From NCBI GenBank assembly GCA_001643675.2, contig LSRY02000003.1, forward strand, positions 1,426,001 through 1,490,000: a stretch of 64,000 bases of DNA. Direction: 5' to 3'. Below, piece after piece: positions 34,301-44,532 of the stretch (positions within the stretch are counted from its first letter, which is position 1; the number at the start of each line of letters is the position of its first letter). The notes under the pieces were generated by a model. That model saw only the letters and a list, made by a program, of their open reading frames with translations, made no database searches and was not told the DNA's origin. The position numbers and the translations under genes were made by a program. Source of the DNA: Monocercomonoides exilis PA203 (lineage: Eukaryota; Protista; Preaxostyla).

Positions 34301-37234
34301 CAGCAGCAGCAGCAACTTCAATTACAATCACAAACACAAATACAGTCATCAGCACAGCTGTTTGCTGAGCCAAGGCACAGAAGGAGATCGCAGCCGGAGC
34401 TGAAAGAGAGAGAGAAAGTGACGGCAGAAGCACAGAAGGATATTCAACTCCAGATTAAACAGCAACAACAACAGAAAAATGAACAAAATGAACAGAGTGA
34501 TTCAGATCAATTTGGTCTGCAAGTGATAACTCCTCGTTCTCCACGCGGTAAAAGCATTTTATCTGATATAAACAGAGAAAAAGAAAATGAAACAGAAAAT
34601 TCTCATTCCATCAACCAAACTGCTCTTCACTTGAATTCAACAGCATCTGATGATGCAACTGAAACACGGCCTGATTTACTCACAGCTCAAAGTGACTCAT
34701 TAAATGAAAGCGGAGTTCCTTCACAGCCTCACCAGGAAGGAAATGAACTGGAAGTTGACATCACCCAGGAAGCAATGAATGGACAGAGCAAAGAAGGAGA
34801 AAAAAGAGAAGGAGAGGAAGAAGAAGAAGAAGGCATTCCTCCCACTCAACTCGAAGGCTACGAAGAAAGTGAGCTGTCTTCCTCGGTCCACACAACTTCA
34901 CATCGCTCTTTTTCGCCTTCGAAGGGCTCCACCTCACTCCAATCAGCCACTGCCACTCACATTTCCCTCCCTCTTTCACCAACTGAAACAACTTATCCTC
35001 TTTCTGCCTCGACTCCTGGCTCAACTTCCATCCGCTCTGCTCAATTTCACGACGGACCTTCGTTTTCGCGGCCTCCCACGCCTCCAATTTCTTCCTCTGC
35101 TTACACCACTTCTGTTGCTTCTACTGCTTCTGTTGCTTCAACAACATCTGTGTCTTATCCTTCACCATATTCTTCTTCGACCTCTGCTTCTTCCTCTGCT
35201 TCCACCTCTTCTGCCTCATCATCTCATTCCTTGCCTTTTGCATACAACCTTCCTCCTCCTCTTTCTTCTTCTTCAGGACGAGCACGCCACAAACGAGCAG
35301 TCTCTCACATGGACACTCTTTCATCCAACTTCTCTTCTCCTTCTGACTCTTCCTCGAAAGAGGGTGAAGATCTTCTTGTTTCCTCCGTCACTTCCTCTTC
35401 GCTCGTCCCGATGCATTCCGTCCGCTCGCTCGACTCTCGCTCTTCTCCCACAGCTGCCTCCAACAGCGTTTCCAACAGCATCTCTTCACAATATCAGCAG
35501 CCTCCTTCTGCCTCTTCCTCCTCTGCTTCATCTTCAGCGTGTGTTTCGCAGCCGTCTTCTGCTTCGGCTTCCATTTCTGGTCTGATCTCTTCTCCTTCTT
35601 CTCCTTCTCTCCCTTTGCTCTCTGCACAGCCTCAGATTCCCCTCAACCAGCTCATTTCATTATTGCGTTCTTCTCTTTCGCCAAATGAATACCCCACTCT
35701 CTTCTCCTGCTTCATCTGCGCTGTGCTCGACTTCTCCTTCCGAATGCTGCGTACAAAAAGCGACTTGCTGTTTGTGTGCGGGCAAAGTGTTATCAGCGCT
35801 CTTATAAGCGCTTCCACTCATTCAGCTAAGAGAAACGCTGAAATGGCAGGACAGCCACTACATAGCTTGGTCAAAGCAGCAGCATCGTGTCAGATTATCA
35901 CAACTGCAGATGCACTTCGAGTGACGAAAACGAAAAAGAAGACGGGTTCGTCATCTGGAGGTTCGGGGGGATCGGCAAAGTCGAAAGGATCGAATGCTTC
36001 TTCTGCTTCTTCTGCTTCGTCGTCTTCATCATCAACTTCATCCTCATCCTCATCTACTTCATCACCAGCCTCCTCTCACTTCAAAGACTATGATACAACC
36101 ACTTCATCTTCCTCTCTTTTAGATGAGACTGACAGCGAAGAAGACACTCCTTCCCAGTTTAACCGAGTCATTGTATCTTCTCCTGACATCTCTCAATTGA
36201 TGAAACGCCTGCAGGATGCTGTGTCAGTGACACATGATGTGCTCCTCTTTGACACAGTCAGACTCCTCCTAAAGAATGACAGTGTGTTTGACGAAGTGTG
36301 TCGAAGTCACTCGGACTCACTGGCAGTCATCAGCGAGGCGCCGTTCAGCACAAACAGGGCTGTCGCAGCGGTCGGGTGGAAGGCGATGTACCAGCTGATT
36401 GTGAGGCATCCATCGCATTTTGATATTCTCAATGAAAAAGGAGTGCTAAAAGCTCTTTTCTCTTTGAATGAGCTGCTGTCGGAGGCAACCGTGGCGTGTG
36501 GGCTGAAGTACCTGGGGAAGCTGTGGCGAGCTGATTTTTTGCCTCCACAAGAGAAAAAAGGAGAAGGAAGAGGAGACAATACATCATCAGCAGCTTCTTC
36601 TTCTGCATCTGAACCAGTTCCAATGAATATGGCGTTGGCATCATCGTCGTGGCACAGCAGTGCGAATGAAGGAGAAAGCGGGGGATTGAATGGAAGTTCT
36701 GGTTATCCTGCTTCAGGTGACAGACTACCCAGACAATCACCTCTTTCGTCTTCTTCTTTAACGTCTTCTTCTTTGACTTCTTTAAATTCAATGAATTCAT
36801 CCACCTCTTCCTCCTCCTCCTCATCATCTTCTTCTTCCTCACTTCAATCTGACCCTCTTTCAACTAAAATATTCTCTTTGAATGCAAATCGCACTTCCTC
36901 ATTTTCTGTTGGATCTTCTTCATTTTCATCATCTTCTTCGTCATCTCACAAGAAGCGTCCTCTTCTCCTCTCAGAAGAGCAGCAGAAGCAGTATACGAAC
37001 CTGATGAAGTCGATTGACGACCAGCTGTTCCGCAAGCTGGTGCTTGATTCGCTCGTGTCTCTATACACAGTTGCTTTGAAGAGCAAGTCTCCTTTTCTGT
37101 TTATTCACAGAGCTGTTTGGAATGCGCTGAAGACATCAACGTGGTTTCCGAAGCTGAAGGCGCAGATGGCAAAGCCGATATTTGCACAGATTATTGAAGA
37201 AGGCGCAAAGATGATAAAAGCTGATAAAACATGA
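28370..37234 (+). CDS. Giant intronless hypothetical protein (2954 aa), Ser-rich with helical/ARM-like islands
   Basis: Uninterrupted 8.9-kb ORF. Hydrophobic helical blocks (e.g. AVAAVGWKAMYQLIVRHP, ATVACGLKYLGKLW) are separated by low-complexity tracts. Confidence 0.85.
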   Translation: MDATTKFPLQEPNPRDFSTFEKYEQALLKWSKTIDELSKGLFSFYNVVQKLGKIVFYSQTQNKHATKQKRIVGGNEVIRHHSLQKQSDIWVKLSFPISEGIRFKFEEALLSFDQLSLNGLFNIPPVVDEYKIQQQRAISYLTLATFHYLQHPNIRSIELFRWLLNTFPIVEVYENHIQKDCIRKPQNYVEQTTRVNSFYLSLPCLLEDFVHNLSFDQLVTIVRSAQNDSSFPLLKSLQGAKLFNCQLSHSFYALRLSSVCDTSKLQRNADISISPALDVNIQCFRRHFPSPAAFCSGRIEEYSVDSENSLLFQYPESSVSKIANHSASSVTSYPSNISSSSSTTTTVSSSSYKSLKQLTTRFTVAGSRSLYSALVHSLLVCVLPLSILELPIFFILPSSLFQSETHSDCSSTHSASSSSKSASSSTSDSFSQGGSIALKRKDSGPSRRASLMQPSSPQQQLPLQQQQQQQSINNEATTPFHSASDSTSHALSQIATLSSSSDAASKSSFSVYSDSSSTSSSSLSSSASSSCFNSNALLSDVLSTQLTANALSFLLVAPSFTRSPVRHLTLVFAAQCLLLKTSAAASLVAAQTKQRKRKQERKLGIEGDDRKECQQMIEKSGSEEAIVPSLSDNNILSEQIYTGNGISMEDKFGSSAESDGMNQNKMDAQLNEKSLLSNEMQIKRENTGNFEEVMREKETIADNTKHTEDNSSKDKDDNEEGDEEEDGSTKRKRKAARIKLNNQKNKKIEQEFDKAEMNKKLFTEFVMPPPATKEEEEKMMAQLTEQEIKTLLDSKSNYDQKMMQLMEISENHNDKDVSSTSVSSSSSSSSSSNQSKTKLFFGSYQTGISVTYFHSLCHILSVSRAFDENSSYLSSYSSRSVPYHSNPPPNIHQPPSYFASTSFFPSSHSVFFSPSVSPLFSPLNDNPSVVELESIRHFSDISFTPTTATFHRPAPSLPLVAPFSPSLSCAQNETESVNERIGGTLRTIRSVREDDVEEVSGNAAAVSTAATAGEDNKVNGVGEDGNGVNEEGEVKRQDALHSVSTEEKAGDAANGENSNKKTIRLDRIEAYIAAMSRRKPFKSHSAHHSKQQSASQIESSRTNREGSFGIDEQNGSKQLSLSASASASSSSSSVDDPLFASDASNTTITVPSVTASRALSEDTTLLLLLLEHKLLSSISSSFYLLMFRMGSLIQQAFEPFVSVDEDSDRNNSNSSINSSTEQTTSTENGISSLPKTKEQTQTAQMHTALAKKGYEVTSNPLKALALAKRTSSNNSPLSRSKASAFPSRSPAATPQPSLEQQLDRNKTSNNNNASSSSSPSPSSFPFSNGNTPSPDSPSSSPLLVWINKRLEVLLSLIRCFNTRASIYPSLCIALSGNASASRSAFIALFHFFRLSFSNTPYPHPLQSDPFLLLSFVRAVCTSRFSHVRKQVPAILQLYAEHKEALMLLSRGVVLHLQPALLPALVEMEQRYAHLPLGGSAGSTGDLILQNSSIAAQMIQQIALFEGEEGNVRRGSSVAVGGAGGGVGGTVGRDLGMRDGFSGGNMWMKEERRRATFEEMKKMGYSSTRFFPGAPVALPSGWHHSSTTRLHSTPFIPLPPAASVSASAAAVAAAAAAASAGYSSMTRSVFSNKEHTQGFNGSGISYPFISATGQRKCYAERLARSYATRMELIPNEKLLEREMRRERECRRAEERERERERDRDRENDKDHLLFGRAGDEESSEMPSKSPPRMKKKSLNASSPYHNLSVISPSPSASSISSRAPFGSQSSPTSPRPLNDASSESASRNSSNLTNNSNFTRSLRPNSKTASIATPFTANAPRKTPSPIQQPIHSVTPLSSPHKHHTSFPLSLPFPAPRSQHSSATKHKSHLSLDVAVSFPSSHPLVSPIGFHPSSIFSSHCPPPLTSNLPSASSTPRSLHQRQHSLPSPPVTPKSRPLSNTHWQLQDKNASTPQANSPLLQSSGFSASKGHTMQSQQQQQQQQQLQLQSQTQIQSSAQLFAEPRHRRRSQPELKEREKVTAEAQKDIQLQIKQQQQQKNEQNEQSDSDQFGLQVITPRSPRGKSILSDINREKENETENSHSINQTALHLNSTASDDATETRPDLLTAQSDSLNESGVPSQPHQEGNELEVDITQEAMNGQSKEGEKREGEEEEEEGIPPTQLEGYEESELSSSVHTTSHRSFSPSKGSTSLQSATATHISLPLSPTETTYPLSASTPGSTSIRSAQFHDGPSFSRPPTPPISSSAYTTSVASTASVASTTSVSYPSPYSSSTSASSSASTSSASSSHSLPFAYNLPPPLSSSSGRARHKRAVSHMDTLSSNFSSPSDSSSKEGEDLLVSSVTSSSLVPMHSVRSLDSRSSPTAASNSVSNSISSQYQQPPSASSSSASSSACVSQPSSASASISGLISSPSSPSLPLLSAQPQIPLNQLISLLRSSLSPNEYPTLFSCFICAVLDFSFRMLRTKSDLLFVCGQSVISALISASTHSAKRNAEMAGQPLHSLVKAAASCQIITTADALRVTKTKKKTGSSSGGSGGSAKSKGSNASSASSASSSSSSTSSSSSSTSSPASSHFKDYDTTTSSSSLLDETDSEEDTPSQFNRVIVSSPDISQLMKRLQDAVSVTHDVLLFDTVRLLLKNDSVFDEVCRSHSDSLAVISEAPFSTNRAVAAVGWKAMYQLIVRHPSHFDILNEKGVLKALFSLNELLSEATVACGLKYLGKLWRADFLPPQEKKGEGRGDNTSSAASSSASEPVPMNMALASSSWHSSANEGESGGLNGSSGYPASGDRLPRQSPLSSSSLTSSSLTSLNSMNSSTSSSSSSSSSSSSLQSDPLSTKIFSLNANRTSSFSVGSSSFSSSSSSSHKKRPLLLSEEQQKQYTNLMKSIDDQLFRKLVLDSLVSLYTVALKSKSPFLFIHRAVWNALKTSTWFPKLKAQMAKPIFAQIIEEGAKMIKADKT

Positions 37235-37882
37235 AAGAAGTTGAGTTGAGAGCAAATTGTCTTGTTCACTTGTGAAAAGCGTACTACAAAAACCAATGAT
37301 GTTGTTTTGTATTTAATGAAGTGTTTTATATGAATCTACAAACAAGTCTGCTTTCGAAATATTGGTTATTTCTATTTTAAATTTATTTCCGTTATCTTTG
37401 TTGCAATGTTTATTGATTATTTATCCTTTGCACATACAAAATTTTTGTTCGAAAATATTACAATGAAAAACTGTTTTTTCCAAAAATATAACAATATGTG
37501 ATTGTAACAATCGAAATGAATATGAAGCAAATATCAAAAAAGAAATCAAAACTCGTTTTCGATGAAATAAAACAAATAAGTCAATGATTATTTGTAAATT
37601 AGATTTAAAAAAAAAAAGACTTAAAAATAAAAATACTCTCAAAAATATTTATCTCAAATATGTTCTCACATAAACAAAGTAATTATAACATTATAAATTT
37701 ACATACTAAGTCATAAAGATAAAAGAAAATTCATAAATGCTCGGTGCATAAAGATGGGGAAATAGACATAAAAATTCGAATTTATTAGTAAATTTTCAAT
37801 AAAAACAAAAAATTAAAAATTAAAAAAAGGAAATTCAAAAAAAAAAATTGTGCAATTAATAACTTGCTCTAAAATTCTGATT

Positions 37883-39130
37883 TTATTCTTCGTCTTTGTT
37901 AATGATGCCCTTTTCAGCATTAACAACTGCCACAGTTCCGTATATGCATGTTGTTTGGATGTTCCTTGCTCCTCCATCACTTCCGGCTTCATTTTGTATC
38001 TTCATCATCCTCTCCATTTCAATTTCTGCTTTTCTGCTCAATTGCTCCATCTTTTCTTTTCTCTTCCTCTCTTCCTCCTCTTTGTCTATCTTTTCTTCTT
38101 CATTTCTTTCGTCCTCTGACAAAAGCCATCTCCACTCCTTTTTCCTCCTCCAGTTTTTCACTCTCTGTCTCACACATGGCTTCATCGATTCTCTTAAATC
38201 GTCCCAAAACCCTTGTGACGCCAAATCTCTCTCCACTCCCAATGAGCTTAATTCTATTGGGCAGCATGTACAAATCATTAAAACAGTACATACAATAATA
38301 GTGATTGCACCAAATACAATTAAGGCAATATTAACTCCAATGGGTACACGTTCAGATATAAACAGTAAACCTCCAACAATAGAGATAGCTACTCCCGCCA
38401 TTAATGAAAAATATAAAACACCTCCAATGCACGAATCGCTGAGGCAAAATCTTTTATTGCAAGCTACTCTTTCTCTCTCTTTTCCCCAAACTCGCTTTAA
38501 TTCTGTGATCACAACCTTTTGATCTTCATCAAGGCATTTATCGTTTTGAAAACTACCATTCTCAATTGATTTCCTGGCAACTTCGCACCGAACGTCTGTT
38601 GATCTTGAAAATATAGTCTTTTTTTTCTCTTGTTTCATGTCTGCCTTTTCTTCTTTCATCAGCTGAGAAAAGAATTGCCGAGAAGGAACTCCTTCTTCGT
38701 CAATAATTGGAGCAACAAAGCTTAACTCCCATTTATTCTTCGGAATGATAGCATCTGAAGTCGAGGATGGTTTGGCAATGACGTTATTTGCAGCAGGGCT
38801 CAAATTTCCCACTTCTTCAAACGCAGGCTTTTGATTAATTGAAGAATTGACTATTTCTGAAGTAGGCAAGCATACCAACGGTGCACAAGTGGTTGACTGA
38901 GCCTGCACTAACGATATTGCCTTCCAAAATGCTAATTTTTCTAAAACCCCAAGTGTTTCAGAAAATATATCCAATTCCGCGGGTAAAGGTAAATTTGGTG
39001 CACTGCAAGAAAATAAACTCATGCATTTTGTTCTTTGTTCTTCTGGTAATTGTTCTGCAAACTCCTTAATTTGAATGGGTACTTTCAGCTGCCCAACAGT
39101 GCATATATCTTTTTCCATTTCACAGTTCAT
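37883..39130 (-). CDS. Hypothetical membrane protein with two TM helices and a charged C-terminus
   Basis: Hydrophobic segments IGGVLYFSLMAGVAISIVGGLLFI and IGVNIALIVFGAITIIVCTVLMIC. Likely ATG at 39130. Confidence 0.7.
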   Translation of the reverse strand: MNCEMEKDICTVGQLKVPIQIKEFAEQLPEEQRTKCMSLFSCSAPNLPLPAELDIFSETLGVLEKLAFWKAISLVQAQSTTCAPLVCLPTSEIVNSSINQKPAFEEVGNLSPAANNVIAKPSSTSDAIIPKNKWELSFVAPIIDEEGVPSRQFFSQLMKEEKADMKQEKKKTIFSRSTDVRCEVARKSIENGSFQNDKCLDEDQKVVITELKRVWGKERERVACNKRFCLSDSCIGGVLYFSLMAGVAISIVGGLLFISERVPIGVNIALIVFGAITIIVCTVLMICTCCPIELSSLGVERDLASQGFWDDLRESMKPCVRQRVKNWRRKKEWRWLLSEDERNEEEKIDKEEEERKRKEKMEQLSRKAEIEMERMMKIQNEAGSDGGARNIQTTCIYGTVAVVNAEKGIINKDEE

Positions 39131-40329
39131 TTTGTACTGAATTATTTTATTATTGATCAAAAATGATTTCAGAAAAAAATCTTTATTATTTAAAATTCTT
39201 ATTCATTTATTTGGAGCAGTTATTTAAATGAAATAATTGCTTCTTCTTCTCCTTCTCCTTCTCCTTCTCCTTCTTCTTTTTAACTCTCTCCTCAATTATT
39301 TCATAATTTTAATAATTATTATTTTTTCTGAATGTAGGAACTTAAAAAAAAAACTCTTTTATTATTTTAAAAAATATGTTTTTATTGTATATTATTATTT
39401 AATTGAGCTATTATTTAATTTATTCTTTTTGTAAAGTTGCAACAATTTAATTTAACGTGTAACTGCGAATGTCTTTTTTTTTTCAGTTTTCATAACAAAC
39501 ATTACATTTATCTCAAAAATTATATCCATATAATGTTTTCAACATTAATTTGTGTTTGATTTTTTGATGGCGGAGTCTGAATTATTTGTCGCATAAACTG
39601 TGAAATACGAAATAAAATTATGTTTTTAATGGAAAAAAAAATCTATTTTGTTCACTTCAATCAAATTAGAAGCTTTTTATTTTTGAACAACTTGTTAGTA
39701 AACAAACAATAATAAATGCTGATTTTTCTTGTTTCTCAGGCAAATTTTCGTATGGAAATTCAAATTTTGAAGAATGATATTTGAAAGAATCACTATTAAA
39801 ATTACAAAAATTTTTTAATAAAGAAATATAAAATAACAGATGAATTGTGAATAGATTTTTTCTAATTAAATAAATTCAACTTATTTGAATGAACTGGGCT
39901 TTTCTTTAATGAAGTCATGTTATTTTAAATGGTTGAAGTGACACTTGTATAAAGTGCGATACACTTTAATAAATAAGACATCAAAAAATTGTGAACACTA
40001 ATGATAATATTTATTCGTTTCATCTTTAACTTTATAAACAAAATAATTGAAAAATCCAAATTAATTGTGATTTTCCAATATTCTCTAACAAAATTTGAGA
40101 CATGCAAAAAGAAGATTTTATTTGATAGAAACGATGTGAAATATAGAATATTCATAATTTTTTCTTGATATTCAATAAAATTTTTGGCTTTTTATTTCTT
40201 ATTTGATCACTGTGAAATAAAATATTTTTAACAAATAATTGCTTCTATTGATGTTTGTGGAGTAATGTGCAACAAAGAATGCATATATTTCTAAAGCGCT
40301 CAATCGAGTCGATAGATTGGTGTGTTTTC

Positions 40330-42530
40330 TCTTTCTCCACTTTCTCCGTTGACTGCAAAAATTGTATTTTCTTTTTTCGATTTATTTCTTTTATATTTTA
40401 AATATTCTTCTTTTCTTCCTCCTTCTCTGTTCTTCCCTATTGCTCATCTTATGACACTTCGTCGTAACAACCTCAAACACTTTTTGATCCTTCTTCACTG
40501 CATCAAACATAATTTCGACCAAATCTTATGCTCGTCAATTTGCCTTCCTTCGTCAAACAGCAAACATAATCAAAGCTGTTTACAGAATAATCAGCAATAA
40601 CAACAGTTATTATGATAACAACCAGTTCCCAAAGTGTATTCCCTTCATTTGTTCCTTCTACAAGTTTTCCTTCTTTTCTTGTCAGAGTTTTGCTTCTGTT
40701 CTTCAACACCACAGAATAAGTGGATGCCTAACAGATCGGTCCAAACAGAATCCAAACAGTGACTTCTGCCTCGTCTGGCAAGCCTTCGAGTATTGACGAG
40801 GGAATGACACCATGAGCTTCTGCTTATAAGACAAACCAGATCTCGTGAAATTCGTTTTTCTCGATTGTCTCCACACAGCAAAGCACTGCATTAACATTAA
40901 GTGTGAGTTCACATCGAAGCATAAACGCTTCACGAAATATACAGCAGATCTATTCTGGCTGCTCTTCTGTTCCACTCTATTAGCAGTATCTGAGCTGGCA
41001 AATGAAGAAGATCCATCAACGCAGATATCAAACAATCATGCACATACTCGAGCAGCTAAGCAGCGCAATATCGACTTTGTTCTTCCTCTTTCGGCATGTG
41101 TCCTGCGGACAACAAATGAGCAGTTTAGCATGACAATCGGCGTCTGCAGAAAGATCATCGAAACAGAAGTCGATTCATTTGACCAAACAAAAAAGTTATT
41201 GAACTGCATCATCGACATTGTCTTCTCTTTTCTTCTTTCATTGCATGCAACACAGCTCCATCTTCTTTTAACAGCAGCAAAAGTTCTCGCAGCCCTGTTC
41301 TTCTCGTTAGAGTCCTCATGCGTCGAAAATCCTTATGTTCCATTCCAAAGATCGAAGTATCCAAACCAATTTCAACTAATAACGCTCTAAGCCCATTCTT
41401 TGACAAGATGTGGTTGACTTCAACAAATAAAAAGACTATATCCTCAAATCGCTCAGCACGCTCAACAACAACAGCACACACTAACTCGACGCTATATATC
41501 CCAGTCCATGTTCGTTTGTGGCACGCATTTCCCTTGCAAATAAGCAATGAAAAGTGCTATTTCAGCCTCCAGGCTCGAAACCAGTCGACAACGCAGGCAC
41601 AACAACAGACTGATGTGTGATGATGAATGAGATCAGCCCGAACTCTTCTTCACTCATTCTGTCGAACTCGAAGATAGCATTGGTCCAGTTGAACACTCCT
41701 TTTCGCATGTTGATCAGGAATTTCATCATGTTCATCTGCCCTGAAATATTCCTGCACACAACAAAGATATCTCGCACTTGGCTAACCGGCTTATTGTAAC
41801 ATTAAATATTCTGGAACATAAACTCTAGGATGCTGTTTACACTCGCATTCAAATTTATTTTGCAACTTTCCCTTCTCCACTTGAGCAACTGCACACGATC
41901 TGTGTGAATTTGATAAAAAACCAGTAACTCTCAGCAACTAAAGTGATTTTGCATTTCAATCATATTTTCAATACTGCTCGAACGGAAGCATTTCGCGCTT
42001 GAATCGTTTGCAATAATCTCCCCGAGCGTCGTCCAAACTTTAAGGAACTGATGGCTTCTTTTTCTGTTTCCACAATGCCCTTCAACATCGATTTGAAGAT
42101 GGAAAATGAGGAAGTGGTATTTGGAGAGTGGCTGGCACTGCTTGCTTCTTCGACGATGGGGCAGTTGGACATGTTGCGTAACGAAATTAGGATGGTATTG
42201 AATAAGCTCAATTATCATGCATCCAGCATGATAATCTTCCCAAATGAAATGAAAACAAAAATCGAAGCAAATCAACATTAAAAAATAAATGGACTCTCCA
42301 CATACACGATCTTTGGAGTCCTGTTATCACTTAACACAAAAAGTGGAGGAGATTAGTGATGCGCTTGATTAATGACTTCGCAATCCACATAAATGCTTCT
42401 TGTTGAGGTTTAATGGAGAAAACAATAGAGGCTCACCTCAAAAAAGGAAAAGGCAATAAGCGAGAACGATACATCAAACTTCACATTTTGCGTGCATCAA
42501 CTACTTGCGCGTTTTCTGTTTTCTCCTTGG
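40330..42530 (-). pseudogene. Highly decayed member of the same receptor-like surface/pseudokinase family
   Basis: Minus-strand fragments 'VLKNRSKT..EGKLVEGTNEGNTLWELVVIII' and 'KKDQKVFEVVTT' parallel 'IVKNRSES..ERIVEGGKEGKSFWPIAVVV' and 'KKNPKAFEVVTM' in the palindrome copy. Many stops; boundaries approximate. Confidence 0.6.
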
Positions 42531-42543
42531 ATAAACTCGTGTG

Positions 42544-42808
42544 CAGCTGGGTGATTATTTTTAAAATCATAATTTATTTCGGTGTGTATGTTTTTCAAAG
42601 TTTGTTTGTCTAAGGGAAGAGATTTTGTATTTTGATACAAAAATAATCACAACTATTTAAAAAATAAATGTTTTGGCTTAAATAAAGATGCAGATGTCTC
42701 TAATAAACCTTTTCATTTTTCAGAATTCATTTGTTTACATTCAAGTGAATTTTTGGAACCGAAAATTTTGATAGAGAAAATTTGATTTCAAAAATAATCA
42801 CCCAGCTG
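42544..42808. mobile_element. Tc1/mariner-type MITE (265 bp)
   Basis: 26-bp TIR CAGCTGGGTGATTATTTTT(A/G)AAATCA with 1 mismatch. Flanked by TG on the left (possibly mutated TA) and TA on the right. Partial internal TIR copy at ~42633-42650. Confidence 0.75.
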
Positions 42809-43390
42809 TAAAAAAAATTGTTCAATCTGGACAGATTCACTAAATTCAACTCTCCAGCATGCTCCTCGATGAGTATTTATGAAATGTGATTGAATGCAGT
42901 GAAGCAAATCTTTTTTATTTATCTCTTCTTTCAAAAATCAAACAAACTGTTTTTTGCAACATCCAGTTCATTATATTAGAAGAATGCAAAAGCATTTGCG
43001 ATGTTTTCATGTGTATTATCATTTCAATGAAATAATTCGTTTTTGGACGTTTTCACTTGTTCAACAAGTTCAAAGTCAATATAAATCATCTGTAAATCCT
43101 CAGCAATAAAGATTCCTGCTTTTTACACAAAGAGCATGATCAAAATCGTGTGCAAAGAAAAGTGAAGAAATATGAATAACGTGAGACTTTTATGTTTTCA
43201 ATCTTTAATAGGTTTTCAAGAATTTTTTGGTTCAATTTCCATCATGGATTCTTTAATAAGGGAAGAATTTTATAAATACATCAAAAATCATTTACAAAAC
43301 AACATTATTATGATTCGAATAATATATGTTTGTTTTTGCAATCAATTTTTGATACATTTAAAATACTTGTTTTTTATCTAAAATTTCGTA

Positions 43391-43498
43391 ACTCAAATAA
43401 ACTCAGTCTATCTTAAATGAACTCAGTTAATTCAAATAAACAAGACCTATTCGAATAAACATGAATTCATTTGAATAAACCTGGTTTATTTAAATAAA
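43391..43498. repeat. Degenerate ~19-20-bp minisatellite (core TYRAATAAAC)
   Basis: 5-6 periodic cores: tcaaataaac, ttaaatgaac, tcaaataaac, tcgaataaac, ttgaataaac, ttaaataaa. Confidence 0.6.
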
Positions 43499-43886
43499 AA
43501 AAATCTATTTACAATTCATCAAATAAAATATTTGAAAATAGAAAAATAAAAATAAAAATAAAAATAAAAATAAAAAAAAATTATTATTGTTCTGTTATTC
43601 CCTTACCTAATTTCCCATTTCAAAACATTGCTATCATATCATTCAATTGCCAATTGGACTCCATTTCATTTATGTAATTGTGCAATCAAATTTTGATAAT
43701 TATAATTTTGCTCAGATTCGCTTAAATCAACATTGCATTACCATCTTGTTCAGTTTACAAATTGAAAAAACAAAAAAACAAAATTGTTTTTATGAAATGA
43801 TAAAAATTGAAGTGGATTATTATTTTACATATCCCCGCTTCTCTTGATGTTCAAATCCAGTAAAGTACTCAAAAAGAACACGATCC

Positions 43887-44435
43887 TCATATTTCACCGC
43901 ACTCAGTAATAATAACTGTTGTTCTTGGTTTTTTTGTAACCAGAGTAATCTGAACAGCTTCAATTGTTCTAACAACATCCATGCCATCTATGACTCTCCC
44001 AAAGACAACATGCTTCCCATCAAGCCAAGGGGCAGGAGCGCAAGTAATAAAAAACTGACAGCCATTTGTATCGATGCCACTGCTTGCCATTGACAAAAGA
44101 CCAGAACAATCGTGCTTTAATTCAAAAGATTCATCAGGAAAAGTGTCTCCATATATGCTATAAAAACCTGTTCCATCATGCTTAATGAAATCTCCTCCTT
44201 GAATCATAAATCCTGCAATAACTCGATGGAACGTGCTATTTTTATATCCAATCGGTATTTTTCCTTTTTTTGCTTCGCCAGTGCAAAATTGACGGAAATT
44301 TTCCGTTGTCTTTGGACAAACATCCTTAAACAATTCCATTGTTATTCTTCCAGTCTTTTTACCTCCAATTGAAATATCAAAAAAAACAATCGGGTTATCT
44401 GGATTTGGGGGAGCTATGTATCTTGGATTAATCAT
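43887..44435 (-). CDS. PPIH: Cyclophilin H (U4/U6 snRNP peptidyl-prolyl isomerase)
   Basis: [83 protein letters not shown]. The [19 protein letters not shown] combination is characteristic of PPIH. Confidence 0.9.
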   Translation of the reverse strand: MINPRYIAPPNPDNPIVFFDISIGGKKTGRITMELFKDVCPKTTENFRQFCTGEAKKGKIPIGYKNSTFHRVIAGFMIQGGDFIKHDGTGFYSIYGDTFPDESFELKHDCSGLLSMASSGIDTNGCQFFITCAPAPWLDGKHVVFGRVIDGMDVVRTIEAVQITLVTKKPRTTVIITECGEI

Positions 44436-44532
44436 AACAATATGTTAATTGTTTTTAATTAGAAAAATAAATCGAAAAAACAGGAAAAAGATAAATTGAA
44501 TATTTTAGTATGGACATATGGATCTTTCATAA

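Noticed and set aside
1587-37296. Many short antisense or alternative-frame ORFs inside long genes
   Set aside because: They are shadows of Ser/Glu-rich coding sequence with no independent evidence.
43391-43498. CRISPR-like array
   Set aside because: Units are too short and degenerate, the context is eukaryotic, and no cas genes are present.
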